From Perkinsus chesapeaki ATCC PRA-425 (taxonomy: Eukaryota; Protista; Perkinsozoa), in contig JAAPAO010000092.1 of the NCBI GenBank assembly GCA_013115145.1, positions 17,114 to 81,113 on the forward strand: DNA of 64,000 nucleotides. The letters are read 5' to 3'. This document shows, one piece after another, positions 1-12,787 of the stretch. Each line of letters starts with the position of its first letter. Positions within the stretch are counted from its first letter, which is position 1. The notes beneath the pieces are model-generated. The model worked only from the letters and a program-made list of their open reading frames with translations, did no database searches and was not told the DNA's origin. Both the position numbers and the translations under genes were made by a program.

Positions 1-1940
1 ACCAGGTGCCAACAGCATCGACTAGCTCGTCTTCCTCGTCATCATCGTCATCATCATCCACGGCCTCCAGTCCTGGCCCTGTAGCTTCGCTATCACTCGG
101 TGTTGAGATGTAAAAGTGATCACAATGCGACGATGATGTTGCCTCCTTAAGTGGAGGCGAGGGGCACGCGTCGAGGGCAGTCTCACTCGGACACTCCTCT
201 ATGGGGCCGTCGACGGGCGGTTCCATCTCTATATTGGCTAGAGCAGGGATGTTCTCCTCCGAGCAGTCCTCCTCCACTTCACCATCCTTCCCCTCAGGTG
301 CTCTTGGTGCTTCGGTAATGTATGGCAGTGGCTTCGCCTAGGTAAGCGTTGCCACAGTCCACCAACTGGCCGCCGCCACCGAGCTCACTTTTCTATTCTT
401 CCCTCGCTTGCCTCTTTTACCTTTCTTCTTCTTCTTACTCCCAACGGCTCCGCCACCACCACGCTCACCCTCCATGGGGCCTCCTTGAGACAGCACCAAA
501 TTCTTCAAGCAATCAACCGACAGAACCAGCGCCTATCCACGCAATGCAAGCCCGGGAAAAGTGTCACCTACTTGCAGCCCATGAGGCGCTAAGGCTCTGA
601 CGAGACTCTTCTTATAGCCCTCCGTGAGAGCGCGCCTGGTGATAACAGTAGCATACACAGCTCCGCCATTGGAGCTGCCGTCTCGACCTGAGCGACAGAG
701 AATTATTGAAGCTCCCAGAAGGTGAACTATACCAGGCAGGGCAGAGGTGGTGACAGAGATGACTCCGGAGAGAACACCGAGCAATGCGTGTCGGCAGACT
801 TCCTGGTAGGACTGGTCTGAAATGCTTCCGTAGATGAGTAGGATAAATAACTGAATGCTTACTGCTGTGGGGCTTCCCCATCAGCAATAGGATCGCTGTG
901 TGTACTTCATTCCTGTTTTGCCCTGCCTCATCCTTCCTGAAGGCCGCGGGGACTATAATGGGCTCCGATACGTTCGCCATTGACAAGATGACTCTATGAT
1001 ACCTTCATTGAACATCTGGAACTCAACTACAGTCTATCAAGAAAAGTCGGCATCTAATTTAAGTATATAGCCTTGCACAAGCTCCTCCTCCATCTGCCTT
1101 CTAATCGGTCCTGGCTCGTTCCATTGCTCATCTCGTAGCCTCGGTACTGCTATCTCCCACAGCTTCGACTTACCCGTATATCTCGCCCGAAGCTCGATAC
1201 CTTTCTCGAGCTCCTCAGAGCGTTGCCTGACGTAGACGGTAGATTTCGTGCACATACACGAGTCCCTTGCCCTCCCTGCTTCATTTTAAAACAAGGCAAT
1301 CCCTCTTGAACTCAGATCCATCGATCTTCCCGTGAGGAACATACTTACGACGGCTGCTATAGGAGGGCATGACACTCTCTTTCAGAGACTTCAATCAGAG
1401 TGCTGCCCCATGGCCGTGAGCCGGCATTTTCTCACCTGTTTATCTCCTCCCCCACCTCCTGCTCTATCCGCTGCAAAAGAGCCTTTTTAGCGACAACCTT
1501 CTCATCCGGCTGAGCCTTCTTCGCTCTTCTAATAACCAGATCCGCCTCACTCAGGGACCTCATCGGTAAAGGCTTGGTTATCCTGTTAAACATCGATGAG
1601 GCTCACTTGCCATCGATCCTACTCCACTTTGGCCATCGCCAGCTCCTCAGCTGGTAGCCGAACGCCCAAACTGCGCTCCCTCTCAAGACGGCAGATTTCC
1701 TCCGTCACTTCCTTAATTCGCCTGTCAACAGCAACCAGCGATGGTGGCAGCTCCTTCTCCTCCTCTTCAGTGGAGGACGGCTTTGCCGGTGAGAGAGCCA
1801 GCAGTGGCGGAGGCTAACTCGAAGCAAGTTGTGCAACTGACCGAGGCAGCTGTCCCCCACCTGATCTCGAGGCTGCTCCATACCGTCTACTGAGTCCCTC
1901 ACATCTGCAAAGGGCAGCTGTATACCGTCAGATGACATTC
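1..1940 (-). pseudogene. Degenerate coding remnant, possibly retroelement-derived, with an acidic low-complexity tract running off the window start
   Basis: Protein-like fragments switch between frames with many stops (e.g. WNEPGPIRRQMEEELVQGYILKL; EGKDGEVEEDCSEE...DDDDDDDEEDE). No diagnostic RT or integrase motif was seen. Confidence 0.25.
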
Positions 1941-2237
1941 AATAAAGCTTCCAACTGCGGCGCTAAATTCGAAGAAGGCAGGCTGGCGTCGGGAAAGTCG
2001 AGGAAATTTCACAGAAATTCGGGTCTTTTTTCAGCATGAAAGAATTCATTCCTGTTCAATCCTTTGTGTGGTTCCAGCGATCAGCTGAGAGCGCCCTACA
2101 TACATATTACCGGCATTCGTATATCACCGAACAGCCAAGAATGACCCCATTAACAACACCGAAGCAGGTAACGCATTAGTAAAGTCAGTGAAACTCATTT
2201 GTTTGCTGAACAAAATGTTCCTTTAAATGTCTTCTTC

Positions 2238-5200
2238 TCAGAGAGTCCTCACAGAGTATCTACTCTCCAACTGCGGGGCGTACTTCTTGAATGCCTCTCC
2301 CCCTCGAGTGTAAGAGACCGCCTCGGGGACAGCATTCATAATGTCTGGCGCGGTCAGCCCTGAAAATATTAATGTAATGGCCACGAAACTCATTTCCGAA
2401 AAAAAGCATCTCCGTGTCACTCTTGGTCTCTCTAACAGCAATTTCGCTTGTATGAAAGATTTCGAAAAAATACGGCAACACACTTGCCTCATTGGTGATG
2501 TCAAAGGTTGCAGTTCAGGATAATACGAGCTAGTTCGACACTCACGGCAAGAAGGGTCCGAGCGACTATCTCTAAATGCATCGAGAGAGGCATTCCCAGA
2601 ACCAAGGCGAACAATGAGCAGCTATCATTGCTTACCATCCTCACCACCAAGCCTTATGGCTGCAATATCGCCTGCAACGCCATGAACGAACACAGCAGCC
2701 GCCACGGCGTCGCCAAGGCTGCTAACATCATGGCCATATGCCGAGTACCTGGTGAATGGTAGGGTTCCGTAGCAATAGGCAACTATTAGGGTTACATTGC
2801 CGGTATGATGCCACTGAGGACATCACCGCTGCCTGCTGTGCCCATCCCACTATTGCCGGATAAATTCATACGGACACGACCTGAACAAGAGGTGAGATAG
2901 GAAACAGAGTTTCTTGTCGAGCGAGGTGATAACGGTTATGTTTCCAACGACAAGTTTTTAGAAGTGCTTTCATGGCCTTCAAGAGGAATTAATTCCGTGC
3001 AGAAGTTAACAACCGCAGGTAGAGCAAGGAAGATACCAAGCATTACAGAAATGTGTTCATTAGAGACCAAAACGTCTTACTAACACGAAGGAGATACAAG
3101 AAGGGGAGTTCTGCAGCAAAATAGGTTCCTTGACCAACTGCAATGCTTCTGGAGAAATCTTTCCTGTCCGACTTCCCCACGACAGCGGTGGCTTCGCCGA
3201 ATTAGCTCACCGATTACGGCACTCACCAGACGGCTCGCAAACCATCGACGTCGCTACTTTGACAACCACAACTGAATTGGTATCCTGGGCCAACTGACGA
3301 CCAACCTAGCAATACTATAGCATAACCCCATACACTGGAGAGTATCTTACTTCCAGAAGGCTGTGCGATCCATCTGTGAGCTCCTTCATGGTGATGCCTG
3401 TTAATCGGCTAAGCTCTGCAAGATGTGGAGTCAGGACTACTGGTGGCTGAAAGGAGAACTATCGGTGAATAGATGCCCATAACACACGCAGCAGTATGCG
3501 CGGGACTAACATAGAGCATGCTAATGCTGCATAGGACTTCTGCACACCCACAGCGAGCCAGTCGCGATAAGAGGTAAAGAATTGTGGGATGCCCCTATAT
3601 CCCATCCGCGTTAGCCATACGTTACTCCAGACCTACCAGTCCCTTTCTATGCCTTTCCTGCAGCAGCTGCGTTGCTGAGGTGAAGATGTCTGTCGAATCA
3701 ACTGGAGGGATCGATATAGCAGTAATACCATCACCATCAATAACCAAAGGCTTATCCAATGCTAACAACAACAACAAAAAAGTCACGCGCCACGAAAATA
3801 CACCACAGGCTTACTGAGAACCAGTTGACGGACCAGCCGGGCGGTGTCTCCGTTGGTGGACATTCCCGGACCAAGAACGAGCATATCGGACATCTCCTGT
3901 GCGAGGCTGAATACGCGATTGTAATTCCCACTACAGATGCTACCTGAAAGAGTCATCACATTCACAATAGGGAGCTATATGTTACCGATGTCAGTACTCT
4001 CCAGTTGATGAAAAACAACAGACGGAGCCTCTGCAGCAATCACTGGTATCTAAGGTCGAAGCAGGTGGACAGCTTCATTCACATGAGGCTGTCGAAACTG
4101 CCAGTAGCTGCCTTCGTGACATTCTCTATTTACTAAGGAACGTGCTTTCTACCCGACTGCTTCCTCTAATACTACAACTGGTCATTCCCCTAAACTGGGA
4201 CTTGATCATGCAGCAAGCATATCGGAAAATGTCACCGAGCCACAGCCGAAGAGCTCCCCACTTTATTATTACCACTTCCTTCACAGTAGCAAGTCTGCTA
4301 TACCCTCCACCAGCCTTGAGAAAGCTGTTACTGCTAAGCATAGGAGCTCCATAGTATCCCTCGGCACCAGACAGGAATAACGCCCTGAACACACGCATCT
4401 ATCTTCATCATGCTCAACAGGCGTGTCTGGTAACTTCACACTGGAAACCTCGGTGAATAGAACAACGGTGAAGCTTAGTCGTTCTACCAAGCCATCCACG
4501 GTGCCCTAGATGCCTCGATCAATAGCGGAAATAATAATTTACTCTGAGATAGCATTACAGTGCGACAGGCTAGTAGCCTGAGGCTACTATACCTCGAACA
4601 CCTTTAAGAAATCTGGACACGCTCCCGAGTTAGGTATGCTTTTACTGAATGAACACAATGGATTCAAGTCAGAACAAAGGACAAAAGAGAGACCATCTAC
4701 TTCCCTCACCTTACTTGCCGAATGATCCTTTATGTCCTGCTGGATTCCTCTCCGGCAATGGCGGGAAGTAGTTAACATAGGTATCCAAATCGGCGTACCT
4801 GATTTAGACCATATCAGACCTCCTTGAATGACCATGAGCCTACAGCTCGGGAGGATAACCAATATGAGTAACAGTGAGGTCGCCGCACATCTCTCGACCG
4901 GGGTACACAAGGTTGCCCACCTTCACCAGGCCAAACGTGGCCGTAGATGTAGCATGCACCTGAAAGCCTTCTATGACCGCGCGCCACAAAACTCTTCTTA
5001 CCGCCTGTGGGCCCATGATCCTGCCTGAATCACCATTGATTCCAGAAGGAATATCCAATGACATAACCTGAACTCGATAACACTTCCCTCGGCTCCAGAT
5101 GAATCATACGAGAACGTCAACTGTTACCAGAAGACAATTGATGACACATTTGACGTCTTCTTTCGCTCAGGAACATACGTTCTAACAAGATTTCTCCTAT

Positions 5201-6448
5201 ATCGCCGACTCAAGCACAATTTTTGCCATCCGAGAAATACATACCCACAATGCCAGATGGATCCCTGCATCCTACACCACCTTACCGGCTTTCTTGCTCT
5301 GTTAATCGCGGCGATGGCAATCCCAAAGGGACTACTAGGGTCGACAGGACGCCCCAAGCCAGTGCCAAAGATACCATCAACCAGCACCTCAGCCCAGTCA
5401 ACAGCAGCGGTAATCGCCTCCTCTGTGGTGGCGATCTCCACTGGTATGCCCGGAATACAATCCACTATATTAAGATTGGTATTAGCATCTCCATGGTATC
5501 TGGCATTGAGGAAATGCAAGATTGCAAGATTTAATTATCGACGCTGACCTTTACTATATATTTGACTATCGGTTGCTAGTACTTTGAAAGCCGACGAAAG
5601 ACCGTTATACTAAGCTTGTCGAGAAAGGATATTTATCTCTATATACTTGCATTTAATAAATATCGAACTACAGATGGATAATTAAACCATACAACTTACT
5701 ATTATATAAAGTAATGAACCATTCAAGAGTTGACATTAGCTACAAGCTAGCCAGCAATGATAACGAGCCAACAGACCGTCCCTCCCCACTTCTCTCTGCC
5801 ATTCAGAAGGATCACTCGAGCTTGCCCACCATTGCTATGGACATACCGTGCCACCACGAAACCGTCGCCACCGTTATTGCCTAACATGAAGCAAGAGATG
5901 AATTTGCTGGGCAAGGTCGAAGCTTCAGCGACGTACAGGTATCATTCTTGAGAAGACCCAACTCCACCAAAGCCATATGAGAGGATTACCAATCAAGTGA
6001 CAATTATAACACACTTTTTTCAAACTCTACCCACCTCACCTGGACCACACACCACCAGGACTTTGGTCTGCGGTGTAACCTGATGATCAGGTAGGAGCTC
6101 CGTCAGACATCGATAACTGGTGATACCAGCGTTCTCCATCAGAAGCGCAGAAGGGATGCTGTACCTAACCAATAGCTGCACGGTTAAACCATGGCCTTCA
6201 AATCAAGTTAATAAGTACAGTATTATACTACTAGGCCGTAGATTAGTGAAATAAGATAACCGGCTCCCACAAGAGTCCTACTTGTCCGTAGCGCCCTTAT
6301 CACAGCGACGCATTTGTTCACAAGTGGAAACTTTCATCGGTGGGGCCGCCGCCGCTGATGCCATGGCTGCTCCTCCTTTCACTGCTGCTGTAGTTAATGC
6401 AGATATACTAGATGATACCATACTTGATACTGCTAATAAACGATTCAT
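2238..6448 (-). CDS. nnr: Bifunctional NAD(P)H-hydrate repair enzyme (NnrE epimerase + NnrD dehydratase), multi-exon, with N-terminal extension
   Basis: Spliced exons give [57 protein letters not shown] and SLDIPSG (YjeF-N). These are followed by [58 protein letters not shown] and GLTAPDIM (YjeF-C). Stop at 2238. Confidence 0.92.
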
Positions 6449-6545
6449 TATAACTCATTGAAATGTAATATAACACTCGAATTGTCAACGCCACAGCTAA
6501 CAGGGTAATGCAGAAAGCGTTGGTCATCATATTATCATGGACGAT

Positions 6546-6935
6546 TCACCTCAATATTTCTTGACTGCTAAGCATGCAGATGATAGCTCCTTGAGCCGTC
6601 CTATAAAGATACGCAATACTCTTACAAAGGTCAAGTTTGCTTCTCGACGCTCCCAACTCGCACGGCTCGACCGATCCTTTCCACCTATCGGGCAGATCGA
6701 AGAGGGACGGCAGGAGGGAACAAACCTTCCCGAGGAGCTCACGCAATGTGTCAACGTCACCGCCCTCGAGACCTTCAAAACGTTCAAAGTCTCCTCCTTC
6801 CAACTGATCACGAACTGGTAATGGAGTTGAGTATCTGACACTAGTAGGAAGCGCCGGCTGGTCTCGACACAAAAAATGGGACAGCTCAGCACACAATACT
6901 CAGCCAATTTCCCAAGTACAATCCCCATAGGTAAC
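6546..6935 (-). pseudogene. Internally deleted duplicate of the 3' part of the gene at 9561-11263
   Basis: 6660-6934 is near-identical to 10250-10524. The last exon YRTAQGAIICMLSSQEILR* is homologous to RTARGAVIEPLNSQEILR* at ~9561-9620. The intervening exons are missing. Confidence 0.6.
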
Positions 6936-7141
6936 GGTTGGAAACGCGAGATACAGGAAGGCCTCCTGCTGCTCAAGCTGAATCGAGTCTTCCGTTAAAA
7001 TGTCCGCAGCTACTATGAGATTACTATGCACTATTGTGCAGGAGTTTTCAATGAACGTGTAGGAACGAGGTGATGAACTACTAACACTGTTTATCGTTCA
7101 CTTTTTGCATAGTGCCAACATCAATAACTTATTCATCAAGA

Positions 7142-7250
7142 CCCTCAGTTGGCTCAGAGCTCATCTCCCGATCTGCATCCAATGCATCCATGCCCTCAGT
7201 TGGCTCAGAGCTCATCTCCCGATCTGTTGCAGATCATCTGCATCCAATGT
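7142..7250. repeat. Local direct repeat, 34 nt x2 (7142-7175, 7193-7226), plus a 14-nt repeat
   Basis: ccctcagttggctcagagctcatctcccgatctg occurs twice; atctgcatccaatg occurs twice. Confidence 0.9.
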
Positions 7251-9294
7251 AGTCCAGGATGTACCAACTACCTGGACGCATTAAGTTCCCCTGTACCTTT
7301 CAGGTCAGTCAACGCTTAAGCCATCAACTCAAGAAGCACGGCGGATTGGGTTGGTTGACAGAGAGGGATAGTGCGCTCCTCAGCTCTGTCGCATGCGAAC
7401 TGGCTCCACTGGAGTTAGGACACATGCCCTCCGTGCTACTCACAAAAAAAAATAATCAATCATGGCCCACGTAGGGAGCGCGAGTGACTTTGACGTTCCC
7501 TACGTTTCCAGAAATAGCCACGAGGAGGTCTCTGAGCGCTATTCCCGTAATTCTTGATTCTATACGGCCCTGAACTCGCTCCATGACTGCACCTACACCG
7601 AGAGTGGCTGTCATGTGAAATCGAGCAATGCTCCCGTGGCACAAAGTTTGCGCCACAAACAAAAAGCGTTATTCAGTGAGTTGAACTTATGTCCTCGGAG
7701 CGAGCTGCTAAGAGCAATGCAAACTCGTTGTCTAACCGATTCGGTGAACAGTCGAACCTTTACCAGGCAAGCTTCCATAAACCTTGGGAGGGCACTCCAC
7801 TCAGAACAGGTCATCGCGTATCATTTCATCTACTTCCACGCTGAACGCTCGATCAGTGGCTGCCTGGAAGAGTTGTTGATGTACTGCTGATTGCAATGGA
7901 TACGAGATGGTATAAATATATACCTAATGGCTCCATATTTGATATTACAAATCTATAACACACTCTAATACAGTAATCTGAATAATACAACACGGACTGC
8001 TTTTTACATACCTTTGTACACATTTGTATAAGGATGAGCTCATGCTAACCGTCGCTTTCCGCAGCAATGGTGATAATAAAACCACTGGGAGCACAGAGCT
8101 ACGTTAACCTTATGATTCAAAGTGATTCAGCACGTCAAATAGTGAAGGAAAGACTCCCAAGTTGGGATTGACTCACAGGGGACTATAGTGTGTAACCGTT
8201 TACACCGTTCGGGACATAACAGGTCGTGGGAAAGTCGGCAATATACCAAGAGGGGGATCAATCTGGACCCAAAACACCACTGTTTTACCCTGTGCTTTTG
8301 TTATCCAGCTTACATGCATCAGTTAACGACTATTGACGATAGTACAGCTGACTCGACAAGACTAGTAATACTGCTTTATGCCTGAAGCGGCCTACCAGCA
8401 ACGCCCCAAGGTGACGCGCCGTTTTCCAAGTCAGTGGCTAGTAGCTACTGGCTACAGAGCCGACAGCTGGTGGTCAGGATAACCGATATGACACTACACC
8501 CTGGTGACTCCAGTAGATACCACTGACGATACCCGATACCATTGTAGAGCCTAGTCATCCCTAGTTACTCATGAGAGCTATGAAGCTCGGAGGAAAGGAG
8601 AAATACATAGTTAACGTACTAGTTGTGAACGAGTTATTCTGTCCATGGAAGACGTTGCACTGTGTATACTTATTTCAACCCAAATTGAAGAATGCTTAGT
8701 CTCCAGTGACTAGCGTTCACTTCTCGCTTCTCTGACGAGTGCCGACTTTCTCGTGAACTCCGCTCAGAACCTCAACGAGTCTCGTGCCCCGAGATGGTTG
8801 CTATTGTGTATAGGCGCTCGCAAGGCATTTTGCGAATGTATTTGCACACGTGCTGTGACAGCACTGCTGCTGTCTTCTAGTTAAGATTATCCGAAACTTC
8901 GGACCAACCCATCACCTAAATTTAGCGAGCTCCGGGGCCGTAGGTGTGAATGTTACCCTGGGAAATCGGAGCCTCAAACCCCGATATTTTTTCATTCGAG
9001 CATGACAGCCCCTCCAGCTGGCACCAAAGGGCATGATGGGGGCTCCATACTGGAGCCCTGGAATGCTGTCCCTTCAGGCACAGTCCCTATGGTCATCATC
9101 GATCTTTGCTCGCGCTCTCGATTCTTGAGAACACTGGATTCCGATATATCACACGTCGGAGTCGAAAGTATCCTTGTCGGCGCGAGCAGTCTGCGTCTGA
9201 CTTTCCCGACCTTACCAGGCAAGCCTTCCCCTTATCCATGACTCTACCCAAAGGATCTTCTACCTGACCAGCAGCTGTACAAGAATAGAACCAT

Positions 9295-9489
9295 CAAGAG
9301 TCCTACTTGTCCGTAGCGCCCCCATCACAGCAACGCATTTCTTCACAAGTGGAAACCTTCATCGGTGAGGCCGCCGCCGCCGCTGATGCCATGGCTGCTC
9401 CTCCTTTCACTGCTGCTGTAGTTAATGCAGATATACTAGATGATACCATACTTGATACTGCTAATGAACGATTTATTATAACTCATTGA
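9295..9489 (-). pseudogene. Orphan duplicate of Nnr exon 1
   Basis: Near-identical to 6270-6460, including the splice donor, but the first ATG is ATA here and no Nnr exon 2 follows. Confidence 0.8.
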
Positions 9490-9560
9490 CAGATAATAAC
9501 GGCGACCAACACAGCAATTGGAGGAATACAGAAATCGCTTGGCATGGAGCATGGATGAGA

Positions 9561-11263
9561 TCATCTCAATATCTCTTGACTGTTGAGAGGCTCTATGACA
9601 GCTCCACGAGCAGTCCTCTACAACCACGAAGCCGACTAGTCTCAACACGGAAAGGTCCTCTACCTTCTTAACGCTCCTCCTCAACCCACCACCGATATCC
9701 TCTACAGAGTCCTCCTGTCGAAGGCCCAAGGGTGTCGGTGCTACTCGACTGGGCTTCCTCTGAGCCATCTCTATTACTGTTGTGTCGCCCAATGCTAAGA
9801 GAACAATGAAGCTTCGCGAGCAATTCGGCAACTCACATTGGCCTCGAGTGAACATCTTAGTGATCTTCTTCAGCAACTTTGACCCTGACCTTCGGAACCG
9901 AGTCTCCTCCTCATCCGGACCGTCCTCAGCATAAAGAGTGTCTCCTTCACGCAACTGGTCTTCAACACGAAGCTGATCGGCTATCACTTGATGAGAGAGC
10001 TCATAGGAGTATATAACCAAATGCATCTGATAATAGGCGTGGGTTCAAATCCCAGCGGCGGCAGTTCTACTCCTTGCAATATGGCCTCGATCAAGCACAC
10101 TACAACAAGGAGAACCAAACCTGATACCGGCAGCAGCCCTCTCGTGTCTGGACTGCCTGATCAAACGACACTATTTAGGAAAGTGACCAGAGCCTACTAG
10201 CCACGGCCACAAGGATAACCAGAATCCAGCGAGTTTGCCCACACACCCGCAAGGCTCGACCGATCCTTTCCACCTATCGGGTAGATCGAAGAGGGACGGC
10301 AGAAGGGAACTAACCTTCCCGAGGAGCTCACGCAATGTGTCAACGTCACCTCCCTCGAGACCTTCAAAACGTTCAAAGTCTCCTCCTTCCAACTGATCAC
10401 GAACTGGTAATGGAGTTGAGTATCTGACACTAGTAGGATGCGCCGACTGGTCTTAACACAAAAATGGGACAGCCCAGCACACAATACTCAGCCAATTTCC
10501 CAAGGACAATCCCCATAGGTAACGCTTGCAATGCGAGACTGATGCCTTGTGCGGTAGCATACTGGACCTGCAATGGGCCGACTCGTTTTAAGTGGAGAAC
10601 CCCAGTGGACGTTACCGCCATAGTGGGCTGAGGCGGCTCTTTGAAGAGAGCAAGGTAAACCCGGCTGTAGTACTCCGATCTGCTCGCTATCTGGAATCCT
10701 CGACCATCTACAGTTCTTGTCCATTTACCGATGCAGATCTGATACATATCTTAGGTTAAAGCATGTCAGATACGAAATATGTAATCGGACAACCCTCAGC
10801 ACCGATCCAAAGCATAGCCATCCTTGTATCCTATACTTTATCCTCCACCAATATCCTTGTAGCAGCGCGCCAAAGTCTCTCACACCTGCCAGCGTGCTGC
10901 CCATATCGACGAGCTGTCTTCACCTCGCTGTTTGCTTTCCTCGTATTGGCGGAAATAAAGTGAACCCGCTTCGCTTCGCTCGTCATCAACTTCCTTCTGT
11001 TCCAAAGTGCCCAGGCCATCCATCTTCATTATTTTCTCCAGCTGCTCATCGAGTCCTGATGGTGCTGTATCTTTGCGCACTATAAAGATTCGTCTAGCCC
11101 TCGACCCACCGGCTGTAAAGTGCTGACCGGATAGATTGGCAAGCACGGCGGTGAGCAAAACAGCGACAAGAGAGGACCAAACCAAGCTGCGGCCGAACAA
11201 CCAAGCAAAAAATGGAGCATGTGATGCGATCGGAGGGCCCTTCTGTCGCTCGAGCTGAATCAA
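9561..11263 (-). CDS. Hypothetical multi-exon protein with one N-terminal hydrophobic segment
   Basis: Open exons FAWLFGRSLVWSSLVAVLLTAVLA..., RVYLALFKEPPQP..., LEGGDFERFEGLEGG..., MHLVIYSYELSHQVIADQLRVEDQLREG... joined by GT-AG introns. The start is uncertain. Confidence 0.5.
10027..10070 (-). other. 44-nt GT-AG intron made of an antisense tRNA 3' fragment
   Basis: Minus strand GTAGAAC-TGCCGCCGCTGGGATTTGAACCCACGCC-TATTATCAG. The plus strand reads AGGC GTGGG TTCAAAT CCCAG CGGCGGC A. Removal joins EAILQG to MHLVIY in frame. Confidence 0.7.
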
Positions 11264-11639
11264 ATCTTTCTGACACCTCTAGCTCTCTCGTGAAAACGTT
11301 ACTTCCAGGCATCCAGAGCTCTGATGATACAGTTGCTCATTGGAGTCGAACAGGAACTTAAGCGCTGCCACCGACGCTAAGCACAGGACCTGGCATGCTG
11401 CAGTGAGAGCCTGACACAAGCACATGCCGTACGTCTTCTAGCTCATACGCTCACCCCCTTAGCCATGGACAGACTGCCCCATGTGAACCATTTGCGGTGT
11501 ACTAACGATGCATATCGAGCACACTCAACTAGCGCCAAGACATCGAGGGCGGTGATCGCCTGAGTCGGCATCAATGAGGCTGCTATCATGCCGCGCTACC
11601 CAAAGCATTAGACCAGTAGTAGTGAAAGCTAGAGATGAT

Positions 11640-12470
11640 ATTATGAGTGCAGTGCCAGCACAGTTATAGGAGCTAGCTCGGAATAGAGACAGCAGCCACC
11701 CGCCGAGAGACTGTGGGGTGGTAGAGTAAAGAAAAGCAGGTATCTGATTAAGGGTTCATAAACATTCATCATCGCAGCCCCAAAGATGCGAAAATAATGA
11801 CAGATGATGTACACCGCAGAGCGTTGAACATCGCCTATGATTGGTCGAGGGAAAGGCATGTGCAGATAGTTACACTGTACTGGTAAGGCTGTTGCTGCTG
11901 CTTGCAACATACCCACAGAGCAGCGATTGTTAGACGGTCGAGGTACTCAATCTGATAGTTGAGTAGATGCTCTAAGTTTGACATCTCGCATAGACCACAA
12001 CTGTCATCGGGTCTCAACGAGATCCACTAAAAAGAGCGGTTGAGACCCTTGCTGATTGATACCCTCGTAACGACAAAGCTAGCTAGAACAAGTGATAGTA
12101 GCTTTCAATCACTTCAAGTGCTTCCGACAGAATGCAACCACCTCACCGACCAGAGGAATTGGCTCTCGGCATCCGTCTCGGCCGAACACACAGAGATTAA
12201 AGATGGCAAATACGTATCTAATGCACGCCAGGTCGAATAAAATCGACAATACGTTGATAGCAGCAAACGACATAAACATAACCGTGGAGTTGAACCTGAC
12301 AACACACACCTGTGTAGGTCTCAAATAACTTAGCTGACTCACCAGAAGTCTCGGGACTTGGGCAACGGCGAGCGATAGAGATGGTAGTCCGTAGAAGCCC
12401 AGCGCTCCGTTCTAACCGGATAAATGAAGCCAACGGCAAAAGTAACCGATAGTATCGCTCCAGTGACAAT
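11640..12470 (-). pseudogene. Disrupted coding-like region of unknown family
   Basis: Protein-like stretches (LLSTYCRFYSTWRALDTYLP; LEHLLNYQIEYLDRLTIAALW) are interrupted by stops that I could not resolve as introns. Confidence 0.2.
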
Positions 12471-12787
12471 CGCTGTAATGATAAGCCAGGCTGCGTGAAC
12501 CTAACTCTGAGACTTAGACTCTATATGAGTGTTATTGCTGACAATGCTATAACAAAGGGCGGCCAGGAGGGCTATTGTGACACGAGCTGTCTCCCATCGC
12601 CTCATCTCACTCATCTCTCTTTTATCTTCATCCGGTACCTTGAAAGCATCTATGGTGGGAGTTTCACCGTACCAACATTTTGCCCGTGAAGTTGTAACCA
12701 TTTCGGCCCGAGCTGGTCAGAGATTGCGGGCCTAACTGATGCCAATATGCTATAATATTTAGTAATAGAAAAAGCTTGTTGAATATT

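Noticed and set aside
7260-9240. Gene or transposon in the region between the duplicated blocks
   Set aside because: Only short ORFs with no recognisable motif, terminal repeats or consistent splicing.
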